Source: Malacoraja senta
Taxonomy: Eukaryota
Direction: 5' to 3'
DNA: 64,000 nucleotides
Assembly: GCA_038087875.1 (NCBI GenBank)
Contig: CM075985.1
Location: forward strand, 12,524,001-12,588,000
The notes under the pieces: model-generated
Told to the model about the DNA's origin: nothing
What the model saw: only the letters and a program-made list of their open reading frames with translations
Databases searched by the model: none
Translations under genes and position numbers: made by a program
In this document: one piece after another, positions 25,361-38,940 of the stretch
How the letters are laid out: each line of letters starts with the position of its first letter
Position numbering within the stretch: position 1 is the stretch's first letter

Positions 25361-25887
25361 CTGTAACAGACAAATATCAAGAAGCTAAATTGTAATTATT
25401 TTAAAAGGACATTTCAGTCAAACATTTAAATAAAAAAGTTACGTACAAGAGAGACAAATAACCAACCCACAAACCCCACACATCGTATCCCCACCTCCAT
25501 ATACCCCATCCCCACCCTACACACCTAAAGCCTTCAAACACCATCACAACCCCCGCTCATTACACCCCAACCCCACATCCAACTCCCCTCCCCATACACA
25601 ATCTTCACCTCCACAAACCTCACCCAAACCCCATCCCACACACACCATCGCCATCCCCAAGCACTGTCCACAACATCATGGTCGCCCCATCAAGATCCTA
25701 GGCCCTAGTCAGTCAATGTCCCACATCCTATCCTTTAGCCCAAAATGCCCCATTCCCAGCGCAGGATCACCTTTTCTCCAAAGCCCCATGTGTTTATTTT
25801 CCCACCCCCCGAGTTCTCACGTACCCTACACCCACGTTTCCAGATATCCCAAGCTCAGTTCACAAACCACGCACCCCGAGATCCTAC

Positions 25888-26164
25888 CTTTCCGTAGAGT
25901 TGGTCTTCGACGTTTCCTGTTCAACCCATCCTCCACATCATTGTCAGGTGAAGCCATTTCTTTTTCTTCTGGAATCTCCTCGCCATCTTTATTATCTCCT
26001 TCTGTGTTTCCTGTCTTTACCTCCATAAGCTTCTCCGGTTCGGTTTTACTGTTCAGCTCCTGCACCTTTACATCCATGTTTTTGTGATTAGTCTTGATAT
26101 CCAAATCTGATCGGAATGATCCCCTGTGCTTCAATGTCAGATTTGCACACTCAGCCTGAGTGTC
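25888..26164 (-). CDS. CCDC136: Exon, 277 nt, charged low-complexity linker (DTQAEC...NRKRRRPTLRK)
   Basis: Acceptor ccttcctctgcag, donor AAAG|gtagga, phase 0-1 bridging the flanking exons. Open frame matches ORF 25826..26134. Confidence 0.75.
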
Positions 26165-26401
26165 CTGCAGAGGAAGGTATCCATTAGTAAGTTCATTGCC
26201 ACCCTACTCATGAGAAATAGCCTCCCCTGCTACACAGGTAATAACGACAGCAGGGCAGCTGGATAGGATCTGAAACATGAAGCAAAGTAAGGGCCACTCA
26301 GCCCTTTAAACCTACTGATTTCACAACCCCTGCATCATATATCTTCAATGAACACAAACACACTTATTTAATTGCCCAAGGGAATGCAGTGGCAAAGGAT
26401 T

Positions 26402-26676
26402 TACAGGACCAAGGGTCGATCCTGACCAAGGGTGTTGTCTGTGTGGAGTTCGCATGTTCTCCATGTGACCACGCAAGTTTTCTCCAAGTGCTCCGGTTTT
26501 CTCCCACATCCTAATGACATGTGGGTTTGTAAGTTAATTGGCCTCTGTAAATTGCCCCTAGTGTGTGGAAAAGTGAATAACATTGAACTCATGTGAATAG
26601 GTGATCGATGATCGGCGTGGACTCGGTGGGCTGAAGGGCCTGTTTCCATGCTGTATCTCTAAACAAAATTAAACTA
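26402..26676 (-). mobile_element. HE1-like V-SINE (sequence reads head-to-tail on the + strand, antisense to the gene)
   Basis: gtctgtgtggagtt..ctccggttttctcccaca..gaagggcctgtttcc. Confidence 0.6.
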
Positions 26677-26950
26677 AGTCCTTAAAAAGGAAACTTCCAA
26701 GTATTGCAAGAGTGATTATCTGGTCATTGCTCACAGAAAGAAAGGGATTAAGGATGAGACTACAAGGTGTCCATATAACATTTTGTGGAAGTGGAGAGTT
26801 TCTCTTTTTACACAGATACTGTCAATTGAACTACCTTAATAAGGGAACAGGGTCAGTCAGAAACATCTTGGTATACATTGTCTGCATTGTCTTGATACAT
26901 TTACCACAGTCAAATAAATGGCATGTCAGTCATATACATTTCAATACAGT

Positions 26951-27087
26951 ATATGTTGGAAGGAACTGCAGATGCTGGTTTAAACTGAAGACAGACACAA
27001 AATGCTGGAGTAACTCAGCGGGACAGGCAGCATCTCTGGATAGAAGGAATGGGTGACGTTTCGGGTCGAGACCCTTCTTCAGTCTGA
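26951..27087 (-). mobile_element. Penelope-derived element with intact hammerhead core (27055-27082)
   Basis: Minus strand reads CTGAAGA-AGGGTCTCGACCC-GAAA-CGTC. Confidence 0.85.
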
Positions 27088-27344
27088 ACATGAACATGAA
27101 CAGGTCTGGACATGAATTTGAGTAACAATGGTGGCTCACTTAGCATCTCACTAGCATCAGGTGCAATTGCAGGATCAAGAGTAGTGATGGAACCAGCACT
27201 GAAATGGATGATTTTACTTTTTGTATAGAGAGAGATATGTGTTATCTACAATGATGCTGCATCGAGACCCTGGCACTACCCCAGCAAAAAATCATCTAAA
27301 GCCCATTGGAGATAAGTACACAACCTATTAACATCATTACCAGT

Positions 27345-30268
27345 CTTACATTTTTGAATTGATAATATTGTCAATTATTATTACATTGTCTCCAATACCT
27401 TTTGCCTTTTTTGATTTTTTAAACTAGATAGAACTAAAAAGATAGATGAAGTAAAGAAAGAAAAGAGAGAGAAGAAAAGAGAGAGAAAGGAAAAAAAACA
27501 AAAACAAAAACAAAAAAAAACCCCAAAACAAAAAACAAAAAACAAAACAGAAAAGAAAAAGATAGTTAAAGAAGAATGGAAAAATTTATTAAAATAAAAA
27601 ACTTCATTCGAGATATATTCGTACATTTCAGAGTATAGCATTTCATCCATTCTTTAGCCTGAGTGTTAGTCAGGTTCCTGTGCTGAACCATTCTGACCCT
27701 TTAAATAATCAATAAAGGGAGACCATGTTCCAACGAATAATTCCTGTTTGTCCAACAGGGAAAATCTGATTCTTTCCACGTTTAAGGTCTCCGTCATTTC
27801 TATAATCCACATTTTGATTGTGGGGGTTATAGGGCCTTTCCAAAATTTTAGAATTAATTTTTTTCCTGTTATTATACTATAATCAATAAAGTTTCTTTGT
27901 GTTGTTGTAAATGTTTGATTTAATTCTAATGTTCCGAGTATTATTAATTTTGGATCCGGGTCCAATTGTGTGCTGGTCACTTTAGATATTATACTGAAAA
28001 TATTTACCCAGAATTTTTTTATTTTTATACAGTTTGCAAACATATGAGATAAGTTAGCTTCTAAATGTTGACATTTATCACATATAGGTGAGATATGTTG
28101 AAAGATTTTATGTAATTTTGTTTTTGAATAATGTAACCTATGTATTACTTTAAATTGTATTAAAGAATGTCTGGCATTTAATGAACATTGATGTATGTGT
28201 TGTAAACTTTCTTCCCAAGTATCTTTCGTTATTATTTGATTTAATTCTTTTTCCCATGTTTGTCTGTGTAAGTCCGTCGATGGAATGTCACTGTCTAATA
28301 AAATATTATATATATAAGATATTAATTTTTCTGTATTAGGATGTTTATTCCAACATTCGTCAAGAATTTCTGAATTTCTAATTCGAAAATTTTGAGTATT
28401 CGATTTTACATAATCTCTGAGTTGAAGATATCTGAAAAAATCATTTCCTCGAAGTCCATAAGTCTGTTGCAACTCCTGAAATGTCAGAAAAGTGCCTTCC
28501 TTGTAAAGTTGTCCCATATTTTTAATTCCATAATTCTTCCATTGTGTAAAACCCCTGTCCAACCATGAGGGCTTAAACAAAGGGTTATTCACAATTGGAA
28601 GAAAAAGTGATAAATTATCTAATTTTAATGTATTTTTTAATTGTTTCCAAATTCGTATAGCACTAAATATTATAGGGTTTTCCCTATAAATTTTTTTGTT
28701 TAATTTAGACGTAGCAAATAATATCGAGCCGATATCAAAAGGTAAACAATCTTCCTTTTCCATTTTTAACCAATCTGGTTGTTGATCTATTTCTTCCAAC
28801 CAGAAATTCATATTTTTAATATTAACTGCCCAAAAATAAAACAGAAAGTTTGGTAAAACCAAGCCTCCATTTATTTTTGATTTACACAAATGTCTTTTGT
28901 TTATCCTATGATTCTTATAATCCCAGATAAAATCATTAACAATGGAATCCAATTTTTTTTTAAAGTTTTTTGACAAATATATCGGAATTGTCTGAAAAAG
29001 GTATAATATTTGCGGTAAAAAAAATCATTTTTACGGCATTAATTTTGCCAACCATTGAGATAGGAAGTGTTTTCCAATATTGAATATTCTTATGTAGTTT
29101 GTTCAGTAATGGGGGAAAATTTGCTTTAAATAATGATGTATATATCTTAGTTACGTAAATGCCTAGGTATTTGAATTTTTCGTTTACTATTTTAAATGGA
29201 AATTGTTGTATTATCTGTTTGTTGTGTTCCCTTATTGGCATAATTTCACTTTTATTCCAATTTATTCTGTATCCTGAGAGTGAACCAAATTGGGTTATTA
29301 GCTTTAATAAGTTTGGAATACTAATTTCTGGTTTTGTAATGTAAATTAGTACATCATCTGCGTATAGAGAAATTTTATTCACTGTATCCTTTGTGTTATA
29401 CCCATGTATTTCCGGATGACCCCTAACTCTTTCTGCGAGTGGCTCAATAGCAAGCGCAAATAATAATGGAGATAACGGGCATCCTTGTCTAGGCTGAATT
29501 TAGATGACAACCTTTGGTTTGTTAATATTCTAGCCGTAGGGTTTGTATATAACAGTTTTATCCATGTGCAGAATTTCTCCCCTAGCTGCATATTTTCCAT
29601 CACCGAAAATAAATAGGACCATTCAACCTGATCAAAAGCTTTTTCAGCGTCAAGTGAGATTATTGCTAGATCTTCATTAATAATTCTCTTAGAATAAATA
29701 ATATTAAATTATCTTCTTAGATTATAATATGAGTACCGTTTCTGAATAAAGCCTGAATAAAGGGTGTATTAATTTATTCATCACTGTACTTAATCTATGC
29801 GCTAGTATTTTAGTTAATATTTTCTGATCTGTATTTAAAAGTGCAATTGCTCTATATGATCCCGGATCTTCCGGATCTTTATCAAATTTAGGAATAAGTG
29901 TTATTATAGATTCATTTAAAGTATCTGGAAGTTTCTGTTGAGTATAGATATGCTCATACAGCCTTTGTAAACGTGGGGAGAGCAAGTCATAATTTTTTTT
30001 ATAGAATTCAGAGCCTAAACCATCTGGTCCTACTGCTTTACCATTTTTTAAAGAGCCAATAGACTCCTCAATATCCTTTATCGTAATCTCCCTTTCTAAT
30101 AATTCTCTATCGTTTGAATCTAAACCTTTTAAATGACATTTTAGTAAAAAATCTGCTATTCCTTCTGGTTGTACAATAGTTTTAATTGAATAAAGATTAT
30201 GATAGTATTGGAGAAATCTTTCGTTTATATCCTTGGGCATTTTTAATAATTCTCCTGTTCTAATTTTA
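27345..30268 (-). mobile_element. L1/Tx1-clade LINE ORF2 3' part, frameshifted, 5'-truncated
   Basis: KAVGPDG, SYRAIALLNTDQKIL, ISLYADDVLIY, SGYRINWNKS, GGLVLPNF and C-terminal CxxC...H..C motifs. T-rich 3' UTR. Confidence 0.93.
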
Positions 30269-30389
30269 TGGCTGCCAGTTCTGCTAGACTATCACTTGCA
30301 TACATCGTCACTACTGAGGTAGAGACTGTGGATATTATCTCTGCACCAATATGTTCTATCGGTGATGTCTCTGCCATGACATGGCCCAT

Positions 30390-31505
30390 AGGTCATAAGA
30401 TCATAAGTGATAGGAGCAGAATTAGGCCATTTGGCCCATGAGGTCTACTCTGCCAGCCAATCATGGCTGTTTTATCACTCCTAACCCCATTCTCCTGCCT
30501 TCTCCCCATAATCTATGACTCCCATACTAATCAATAATTTAGGTATTGTTTCTCCAGAGGTGCTGTCTGTGGGTACTGTCAATGCAAGGTTGTGATGTAT
30601 GGCTGTCATCTCATAAGGTCATAAGTGATAGGAGTATAATTAGGCCATTCAGCCGATCAAGTCTACTCCGCCATTCAATCATGGTTGATCTACTTCTGCC
30701 TCCTAACCCATTCTCCTGCCTTCTCCCCATAACCTCTGACACCTGTACTAATCAAGAATCTATCTATCTCTGCCTTAAAATTATCCACTGACGGCCTGCA
30801 CAGCCTTCTGTGGCAAAGAATTCCAGACTCACCACCCTCTGACTAAAGAAATTTCTTCTCATCTCCTTAAAAGAAAGTCCTTTAATTCTGAGGTTATGAC
30901 CTCTAGTCCTAGACTCTCCCACTGGTGGAAACTTCCACTCTACATCCACTCTCTCCAAGCCACTCACTATTCCATATGTTTCAATGAGGTCCCCCCTCAT
31001 TCTTCTAAACTCCGGCGAGTACAGGCCCAGTGCCAACAAATGTTCATCATAGGTTAACCTACTCATTCCTAGGATCATTCTTGTAAATCTCCTCTCGACC
31101 CTCTCCAGAGCCAGCACATCCTTCCTCAGATATGGTGCCCAAAATTGCTCACAATATTCCAAATGCGGCCTTACCAGTGCCTTAAAGAGCCTCAGCATTA
31201 CATCCCTGTTTTTGTATACAAGCCCTCTTAAAAAATAAATGCAAGCATTGAGTTTGCTTTCTTTACCACCAATTCAACTTGCAGATTAACTGTTTGGGAA
31301 TCGTGCACCAGCACTCCCAAGTCCCTTTGCACCTCCGATTTCTGGATCTCTCTCCATTTAGAAAATAGTCTACGCCTTTATTCCTACTACCAAAACGCAT
31401 GACTCCACAGTTTGCTACACTATATGGAACTCAGCTAGACACTGGCAGCCAACCAGAAAAAGCCCCCTTTATTACCACTCTTTGTCTTCGTCCATCCAGC
31501 CATCT
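30390..31505 (-). mobile_element. CR1 3' fragments (two tandem 3' ends)
   Basis: ORF 30764..31198 (LVRPHLEYCEQFW). Tail copies at about 30390 and 30610. Confidence 0.9.
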
Positions 31506-31767
31506 CAGTTGGGGTTAGGTTTAAGAGCTAGATAGGGCTCTTAAAGATAGCGGAGTCAGGGGATATGGGGAGAAGGCAGGAACGGGATACTGATTGGTTT
31601 GGTCTAAGCTGTTGTCTCAATAGGAGCATGATCAAAGGATGCTGCCTGTGCTGGGCTACAGTATACTGTATGAGCGTTGCATCTTCTCCGGTATCGTCTG
31701 TGGGTGCTGATACACCTAGGTAAATGGAAAGGCAGTGTTGCGAGGGATATATTGCTGGACACAATGG

Positions 31768-32330
31768 GCGGCATGGTGGCACTGCGGTAGAGTTGCTGCC
31801 TTACTGTGCCAGAGACCCGGGTTCGATCCTGGCCGATCCTGAAAGGCAGTGTTGCTGTCTGTACGGAGTTCGTACGTTCTCCCCCTGACTTTTTCACCCA
31901 GAGAGTTGTGAATTTATGGAATTCCCTGCCCCAGAGGGCTAGTGGAGGCCTAATCACTGGATGGATTTAAGAGAGGGTTAGATAGAGCTCTATGGGCTAG
32001 TGGAGTCAAGGGATATGGGGAGAAGGCAGGCACGGGTTATTGATAGGGGACGATCAGCCATGATCTCAATGAATGGCGGTGCTGACTCAAAGGGCCGAAA
32101 TGCCTCCTCCTGCACCTATTTCCTATGTTTCTATGAACTGCGTGAGTTTTCTCCGGGATCTCCGATTTCCTCCCACACTCCAAAGACGTACTGGTTTGTA
32201 GGTTAATTGGCTTGGTAAAAATAGTAAATTGTCCCTAGTGTGTGTAGGATAGTGTTGGTGTACGGGGATCGCTGGTCGGCGCGGACTTGGTGGGCCAAAG
32301 GGCCTGTTTCCATGCTGCATCTGTAAACTA
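31768..32330 (+). mobile_element. HE1-like V-SINE with a nested CR1 3' end (about 31889-32135)
   Basis: SINE head, then CR1 UTR and tail, then the SINE V-domain resumes. Confidence 0.88.
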
Positions 32331-32928
32331 AAGTACATAATAGTATACTCGCTGGATATGAATCAGAATGATGCTGTTTCTCTCAGGAACATGAGCACCA
32401 GAAGATTCATTGTAGTGCACCAAGGACGGCTGGCCATTCAGCTTGTTACCCTCGAGCAACCTCCGGCTGGGTGAGGCCAATATAGCCAAACAAAGAGAGG
32501 GGGATTCACCAGCTTCCATCATGTCCAATGGGAGGTGATGGGAATGACTGTAAACTCTGGGTTAATGCAAGGAACAGCAATGGTCCATGCTCATCATGCC
32601 AGCCATGGAGCAGCAAGAGGTGTCCCTGCTTGCCGTGACCCACCCATCACCAACTCTCACAAACAGCCTCTCCATACCAAGGAGTAATTCATTCATGTCA
32701 GCTTCCTGGAAGCAGGGAGGCCTGGGGCTCACACCAGGTTTCCAGTGCAGCCGCTGAGTCGTTGTCTTTGTTTAGTGTGCAGAGAAGTACATACCCATGT
32801 GCTTCCGGATCGGAGGACTAGCACACTCTAGTGGTTTGCGGAGTACCGTTAATGAGAGCCAGTATTTGCTGGATACACCAGCTATAGGGGACCAGGGCAC
32901 AGTACCATACAGAAGAAGAGGTTTGTAC

Positions 32929-33024
32929 CTGCCAGACATTGTCAGAGAGGACCTGTGTGTTGGTCAGTAAATACTGCAGCGTCTCCAACTTCTGTTCCAG
33001 GAGCTGCTCACGCTGCAAAGCCTC
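32929..33024 (-). CDS. CCDC136: CCDC136/SLMAP-family exon, 96 nt (EALQREQLLEQKLETLQYLLTNTQVLSDNVWQ)
   Basis: Acceptor ctgttttctgttgcag, donor CAG|gtacaa, phase 0-0. Strong similarity to SLMAP EALHREQMLEQKLATLQRLLAITQEASDTSWQ (recalled). Confidence 0.85.
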
Positions 33025-33149
33025 CTGCAACAGAAAACAGAAGACATTGACGTACCTGTGCTACAATCTGCACAAATGGTAAAGGCCATTGGGCCATCAT
33101 GACTTTATTACACACAATCACTATCACAGACCTATGAAAACACAAGCAA

Positions 33150-33665
33150 CACAATCATTGTCATAGGGATCCTGCTACCCAAGCAGGATATACTTGCTGT
33201 CATAAGACCCATGAGATTCAGCAGAGCATGCTGGCTGCCATTTATCCTGTGGGAACACACTCCCTAAAATTCTTCATAACCATAACACATTGCCAGCTCA
33301 GGGGCCGATAGGAAACTTCCAACACATTATGGCTGCCATTGGACCCAAGGTAACCATACCAATGACTCTCAAAGGGTATGATAACTTCAGCAATGCACAT
33401 CAACCGTTGTTAGGTATAATATACCTGGAAATGCATTCTGGCTGTCACAAGATGCAAAAGCGCCAACAATACAAGTTGTGCATCAAAGGGGGTAGTAACC
33501 ATAGTAACGCACGAAAGCTCTCGCTGGCAATGGTAACCCTACCAACATACACTGGCTATCAAAGGGTGTGGTGATAGCATAGCATACTGGTATAATTGGT
33601 TATGGTAATTTCAGCAATACTTGCTCATTGTAAGATGTTATGGTAATCTCAGCAGTGTATGAGAC
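33150..33665 (+). repeat. Highly degenerate 38-bp minisatellite
   Basis: Recurring ctggctgtca....atggtaac..cagcaatgcat units. Confidence 0.5.
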
Positions 33666-33704
33666 GTTAACTTCAGAAGCACACACGGAGTGCCTTAGGA
33701 CCCA

Positions 33705-35950
33705 TGTAGATGGGAAGTATTCTAGTTATTGAAGGAATTAAGGAAGGAAGTTGCAGGGCCACTGACCATAATATTCTAAAGACCTATGGATTCAGAGTTA
33801 ATGACCAGGAATTGTAACATTAAGATCATTGGAACCCTGTTAAAAAACAGTGCAGGAACGAAAATAGCATGAATTTTGTTAAAGGCAAATTATATCTAAT
33901 TAACTTGATTGAGATTTTTTTAATGAAGTTACTAAAAATGCTGCAAGAAGGAATTGCAGTTGATGTGGTATATGTGTACTTCCAAAAGGCATTCAATGAG
34001 GTACCACATAATAAGTTTTGTCATCAAAAGGACATGTTATAAAAGGGGCTGTAGTAGCACTTTAGAGAGTAAAATTAAACATTGTGTTTTGATTGAGAAG
34101 GAAGTGTAGAGTAGTGTTCCCTCTGGGTCTGTACTAAGATCACTGTTTTTCTTAATATTGTACAAGTTAATTATTTGAATGTTGATGTACCGGGCATATG
34201 GCAGATACTTGATGTCATGGTGAACTGTAAAGAGGAGGGTAATAGACAACATGGTTGTGGAATAGGCAACTAGATGATAGAAGAAATTTAATACAAAGAA
34301 ATATAAAATGTTACATTTTGATAGAAAAAAAATTGAAGAGTCAATGTAAGCCGAAAGGTACAATTTTAAAAGGAGTGAAAGTACAGGGGGGCAGTGTTAG
34401 CTGTGAGGAGGATGCTAAGAGGCTGCAAGGTGACTTGGATAGGCTGGGTGAGTGGGCAAATGCATGGCAGATGCAGTATAATGTGGATAAATGTGAGGTT
34501 ATCCACTTTGGTGGCAAAAACAGGAAAGTAGACTATTATCTAAATGGTGGCCAATTAGGAAAAGGGGAGATGCAACGAGACCTGGGTGTCATGGTACACC
34601 AGTCATTGAAAGTAGGCATGCAGGTGCAACAGGCAGTGAAGAAAGCGAATGGTATGTTAGCATTCATAGCAAAAGGATTTGAGTATAGGAGCAGGGAGGT
34701 TCTACTGCAGTTGTACAGGGTCTTGGTGAGACCACACCTGGAGTATTGCGTACAGTTTTGGTCTCCAAATCTGAGGAAAGACATTCTTGCCATAGAGGGA
34801 GTACAGAGAAGGTTCACCAGATTGATTCCTGGGATGTCAGGACTTTCATATGAAGAAAGACTGGATAGACTCGCTTGTACTCGCTAGAATTTAGAAGATT
34901 GAGGGGGGATCTTATAGAAACTTACAAAATTCTTAAGGGGTTGGACAGGCTAAATGCAGGAAGATTGTTCCCGATGTTGGGGAAGTCCAGGACAAGGGGG
35001 CACAGTTTAAGGATTAAGAGGAAATCCTTTAGGACCGAGATGAAAAAAACATTTTTCACACAGAGAGTGGTGAATCTCTGGAACTCTCTGCCACAGAAGG
35101 TAGTTGAGGCCAGTTCATTGGCTATATTTAAGAGGGAGTTAGATGTGGCCCTTGGGGCTAAAGGGATCAGGGGGTATGGAGAGAAGGCAGGTACAGGTTA
35201 CTGAGTTGGATGATCAGCCATGATCATATTGAATGGCGGTGCAGGCTCGAAGGGCCGAATGGCCTACTCCTGCACCTATTTTCTATGTTTCAATGTTTCA
35301 GAGGAACTGGTGGGTATTTCTGCACAAATTGCAGGGTTGGTTAAGACAGAGGTTAATAAAAGAATATGTCATGCTGGACTTTATAAACAGAAGCAGCACA
35401 GAAGAACAAGGTCATGATGAACTATCTTAATATACTCATTCGACGACAATTACATTATTTTGTCTACACTTTAGAACAGATGTGAAGAAGGTGCAGAAGA
35501 CAATTATCAAACTAATTCCAGGGATGACAATCCACATCCTGTGGATGGACTGGAGTGCCTAGACTTGTCCTCCTTAGGACACAGGAGGTTGTGAGGAGAG
35601 CTGATAGCGTTATTTAAAATAATGACGGGGAAAGACAATAAAGATAAACAGAAACTGATAGTGGCAGAGTGGTTAAGAATTAGGGGACGTACAATAATAG
35701 TAATTGTCATAAAAATAACTTAGGTGACCCAAGGAAAAATATTCTTACACAGTGAATGGTTAGGGTCTGGAATACACTACCAGGGGTTAATAGTAGAGAC
35801 AGATCGAATTGGGATATTTATAAGAATTGGATAAATATTGAAAATAAATTAATTTACTGGGTTCAGAGAAGAAGGCAAGAGAGTGGGGCAGGCTGGATTG
35901 CCTTTGCATAGAGCACATAGCTTATTTTCAAGCTGTAATCATTCTGTGTT
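33705..35950 (+). mobile_element. Old CR1 hosting a young CR1 3' insertion (34386-35299)
   Basis: Decayed RT on both sides. The nested part is near-identical to 52237-53154. Confidence 0.88.
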
Positions 35951-36065
35951 TCTGGTATACTAATACTACACTGCAGCAAGTATAATAGGAAGCCATCTCC
36001 ATTTGCCTCACCTGAAGAAACAGTGGAAAAAACAGCAGATCCCATCAGGTCTTGCTAAGCACCTA

Positions 36066-36901
36066 GGAGCGCCGTCGAGTATGGCTGCCCTGCCAGCAGC
36101 TGTTAGTCTTTTCACCCTTTTTTTTATTTTTAGTTAGTTGAAAGTGTTTGTTTTGGAGGTCTTTTAGTCTTTTTATGTGAGGGGTGGGGGGGGGGGGGAA
36201 AGGGGGAAACTATTTCTCAGTACCTACCTGGTCGGAGTTGCGGCTTTTCTCCGAGCCGTATCTTTGCCCCTTCCTCGCGGCCTACGGGCAGACTGGAGCG
36301 GCGTTTTCCTGCCGGGACCGGCCAGGACTTCAGCTTCGGCGGCGGCACAGCGCTGAAGCACCATCGCGGAGCGGGCGATGCCTAACCCGGGTCACCGTGC
36401 AGCAAGCTCCGGAGTGCTGTGACAGCCGGCACCAACATCGCGGAGCTGCGGTCTGTGGTCTGCGGTCAGCGGTCTGCGGAGCTTCCAGCCGCGGGCGGCG
36501 CTGAACCCTAAACACCGCGGAGCCTGGGATCTCACGACGAGGTTGCCAGAGCTCCGACCAGCGCGGCTCGTGGACTTCGGGAGCCGCGGTCTCCTGGGAG
36601 GTAGCGGCCGCTCCAGACACTCCGGGCCGCTGAGAGTGTTCACCCGACGCCAGAGCTCCATCCTCCGGCGAGAGGACCTGAGGCATCGGGCTGCCGTATC
36701 GGCGACTGCAGAGGCCTCAATAGGCCCCAACTATGGGTGAACTGGGGATGGGACTGGACTTTGCTGCCTTCCCCCACAGTGGGAACCATTGTGGGGGGAT
36801 GTTTTTATGTTATTGTTAAATTCTTTGGTGTTATCTTTATTTGTGTGCTGCATGGCAAGTCAAATTTCACTACACCAATTGGTGTTAGTGACAATAAATG
36901 T

Positions 36902-36960
<59 letters not shown>
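36066..36960 (+). mobile_element. GC-rich non-autonomous retroelement (variant B) with (TATC)n tail
   Basis: Shares the 5' gccctgccagcagc, the G-run and the 3' hairpin plus gtgacaataaa with the copies at 51086 and 60672. Confidence 0.75.
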
Positions 36961-37352
36961 AAAAATACCTTCTGCTGTGAATCAACACTGTAAATAATAG
37001 CAGGCTGAAGGTGACAGTAACATGTGGGAGTGGATGCCTCATCATAAACATGGAAAAGTCTACTCTGGTCAACAGTGTCCCAGCAAGTCCTCTGATGGGA
37101 AGAGGAGTCATGTTTGAAGTGGTAACAGGATTCATGTTTGTGCTTCATTGTGGCGGGACATCAATCAGAGGCCAAAAGCAGTCACACCATCAACTATTAT
37201 TGCCAAAAGTCATTGTCCTGCTCAAATGCCAAGGGGCAACAAAGCTCTTGATATTTATTAACAAACACATTTAGTGGTGGAATAGATCTCATGATCTAAC
37301 AATGGAACAGAAATCCCCACAAAGTGAATCCTTAAAATAAGGTGTTGCTTAC

Positions 37353-37415
37353 CTTAAGATACTCCGCTAGTTGGTTCAGCTCCCGTGAGAATGGATTCAT
37401 GCAGTCAATCGAGTG
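37353..37415 (-). CDS. CCDC136: CCDC136/SLMAP-family exon, 63 nt (HSIDCMNPFSRELNQLAEYLK)
   Basis: Acceptor ttccttttctatctcctcag, donor AAG|gtaagc, phase 0-0. Resembles SLMAP ...SMYSQELFQLSQYLQ (recalled). Confidence 0.75.
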
Positions 37416-38399
37416 CTGAGGAGATAGAAAAGGAATTAATAGAATGTATAACCCATGTCTGGAAGCATGTTAGAGATAGGAATTTGTGACTCAAGGGGAA
37501 TTACCGAACCAGTGGCTTGGTGAGTGTGATACGTACATAACTCGGTAACTGGGGTGAGATATGGGCAGGAATTGTGGTAATCTAGACTGCATTACCAGAA
37601 ATGGTCATGGTCAATTCAACAAGAACTTCAAAAGTAACATAGATATGTATTTGAAAGCGGGGGCATTTGTAGGGCAATGTAATAAGAATTTTGTTTGAAC
37701 TTAGGTTCAAATGACAACAAATAAATATCTAAAATCTAAAGAGCTGGGGAGAGGGATTGTTGTTCTCTCAAAGATTTGGCACAGGCTGATGTCTTCAATC
37801 TATGCTCTGAAACTTTAAGATTTAGTTCTTTGCTATATGAAACCTTATTGTACACCAGTTATCTACCATTGTTACATAACAACAGGGACTGACTTTTAAC
37901 AAGTCATTCGTTGGTTGTGAAGACCTCTGTGCTGTCCAAGAATGTGAGGCTATCTTAAAAATGGAGATTTTCCCCTCTCATTCACTTTTTTCACTGGTCA
38001 CCTCTTCATCGTTTATACCCTTGAACAAGGCTAAATCGCTGAATATATTCAGGGATAACTTGATGCAAATCACGCAACACGTCAGGCAGCAGCTTTGCTC
38101 TATTTATTGTCCTTGGGTATCATGTTTGTATTTATGTACAGTATATCTGATCTGTTTGGGTAGCATGCACGACAAAGCTTTCCAATGTACCTCGGAACAG
38201 GTGACAATAAGTAAACCTAAATCTACACTGTAGTCTCTCTGTGGTCTGATCTAGTAAGCTCAAGTCCTCCAGCTGTAGTTAAACCAGATTTTGTATGACA
38301 GAAACATAAATTATATTCCCTTGTTTTAAAATCATCTGGAGGCAACAATTCAATAATTTTGATTCTGCTCTATATCCTTTCTGGTCCAAGCACCTAGAC

Positions 38400-38921
38400 C
38401 AGGAGTGGGGAACCTTTTCATGTTGGAATGCCGCATTAAGTTAGCTGTAATCTAATAAGGCCGCATCCAAGAAACTTCAATTAGATATACTTCAAAATGT
38501 ACATTATTTTGCTAAAATAGCCCTCATGACTTACTAATGTTTTAATTGTGGTCGTCGTAGAATCTTCTTTTATTCTTTGGTATTTTAAATACGTTCATTT
38601 TAAGATTAAAATAACAATAATAAATGACGAACAAAAACATATTAATGAAAATAAAAGGTAGACAAAAATGCTGGAGAAACTCAGCGGGTGAGGCAGCATC
38701 TATGGAGCGAAGGAAATAGGCGACGTTTCGGGTGGAGACCCTTCTTCAGACCTCACCCGCTGAGTTTCTCCAGCATTTTTGTCTACCTTCGATTTTCCAG
38801 CATCTGCAGTTCCTTCTCAAATAAAAATAAAAGGATTTGTTCTACAAAACTTGGATTCATTCAAAAGGCCTTACTTAATGGCCTAGAAGGTGGCCTTAAG
38901 GCTGCAGGTTCCCCACCCCTG
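38400..38921. mobile_element. hAT (Charlie-like) non-autonomous DNA transposon with nested Penelope-derived element (38655-38818)
   Basis: TIRs caggagtggggaacct / aggttccccacccctg and a perfect 8-bp TSD acctagac (38392-38399 and 38922-38929). Confidence 0.92.
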
Positions 38922-38940
38922 ACCTAGACCCTAGCACCTA

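Noticed and set aside
32510-32522. ATG ATG GAA GCT G|gtgaat as an alternative first exon (MMEA)
   Set aside because: Weak donor and too short to support. It remains possible but has no evidence.
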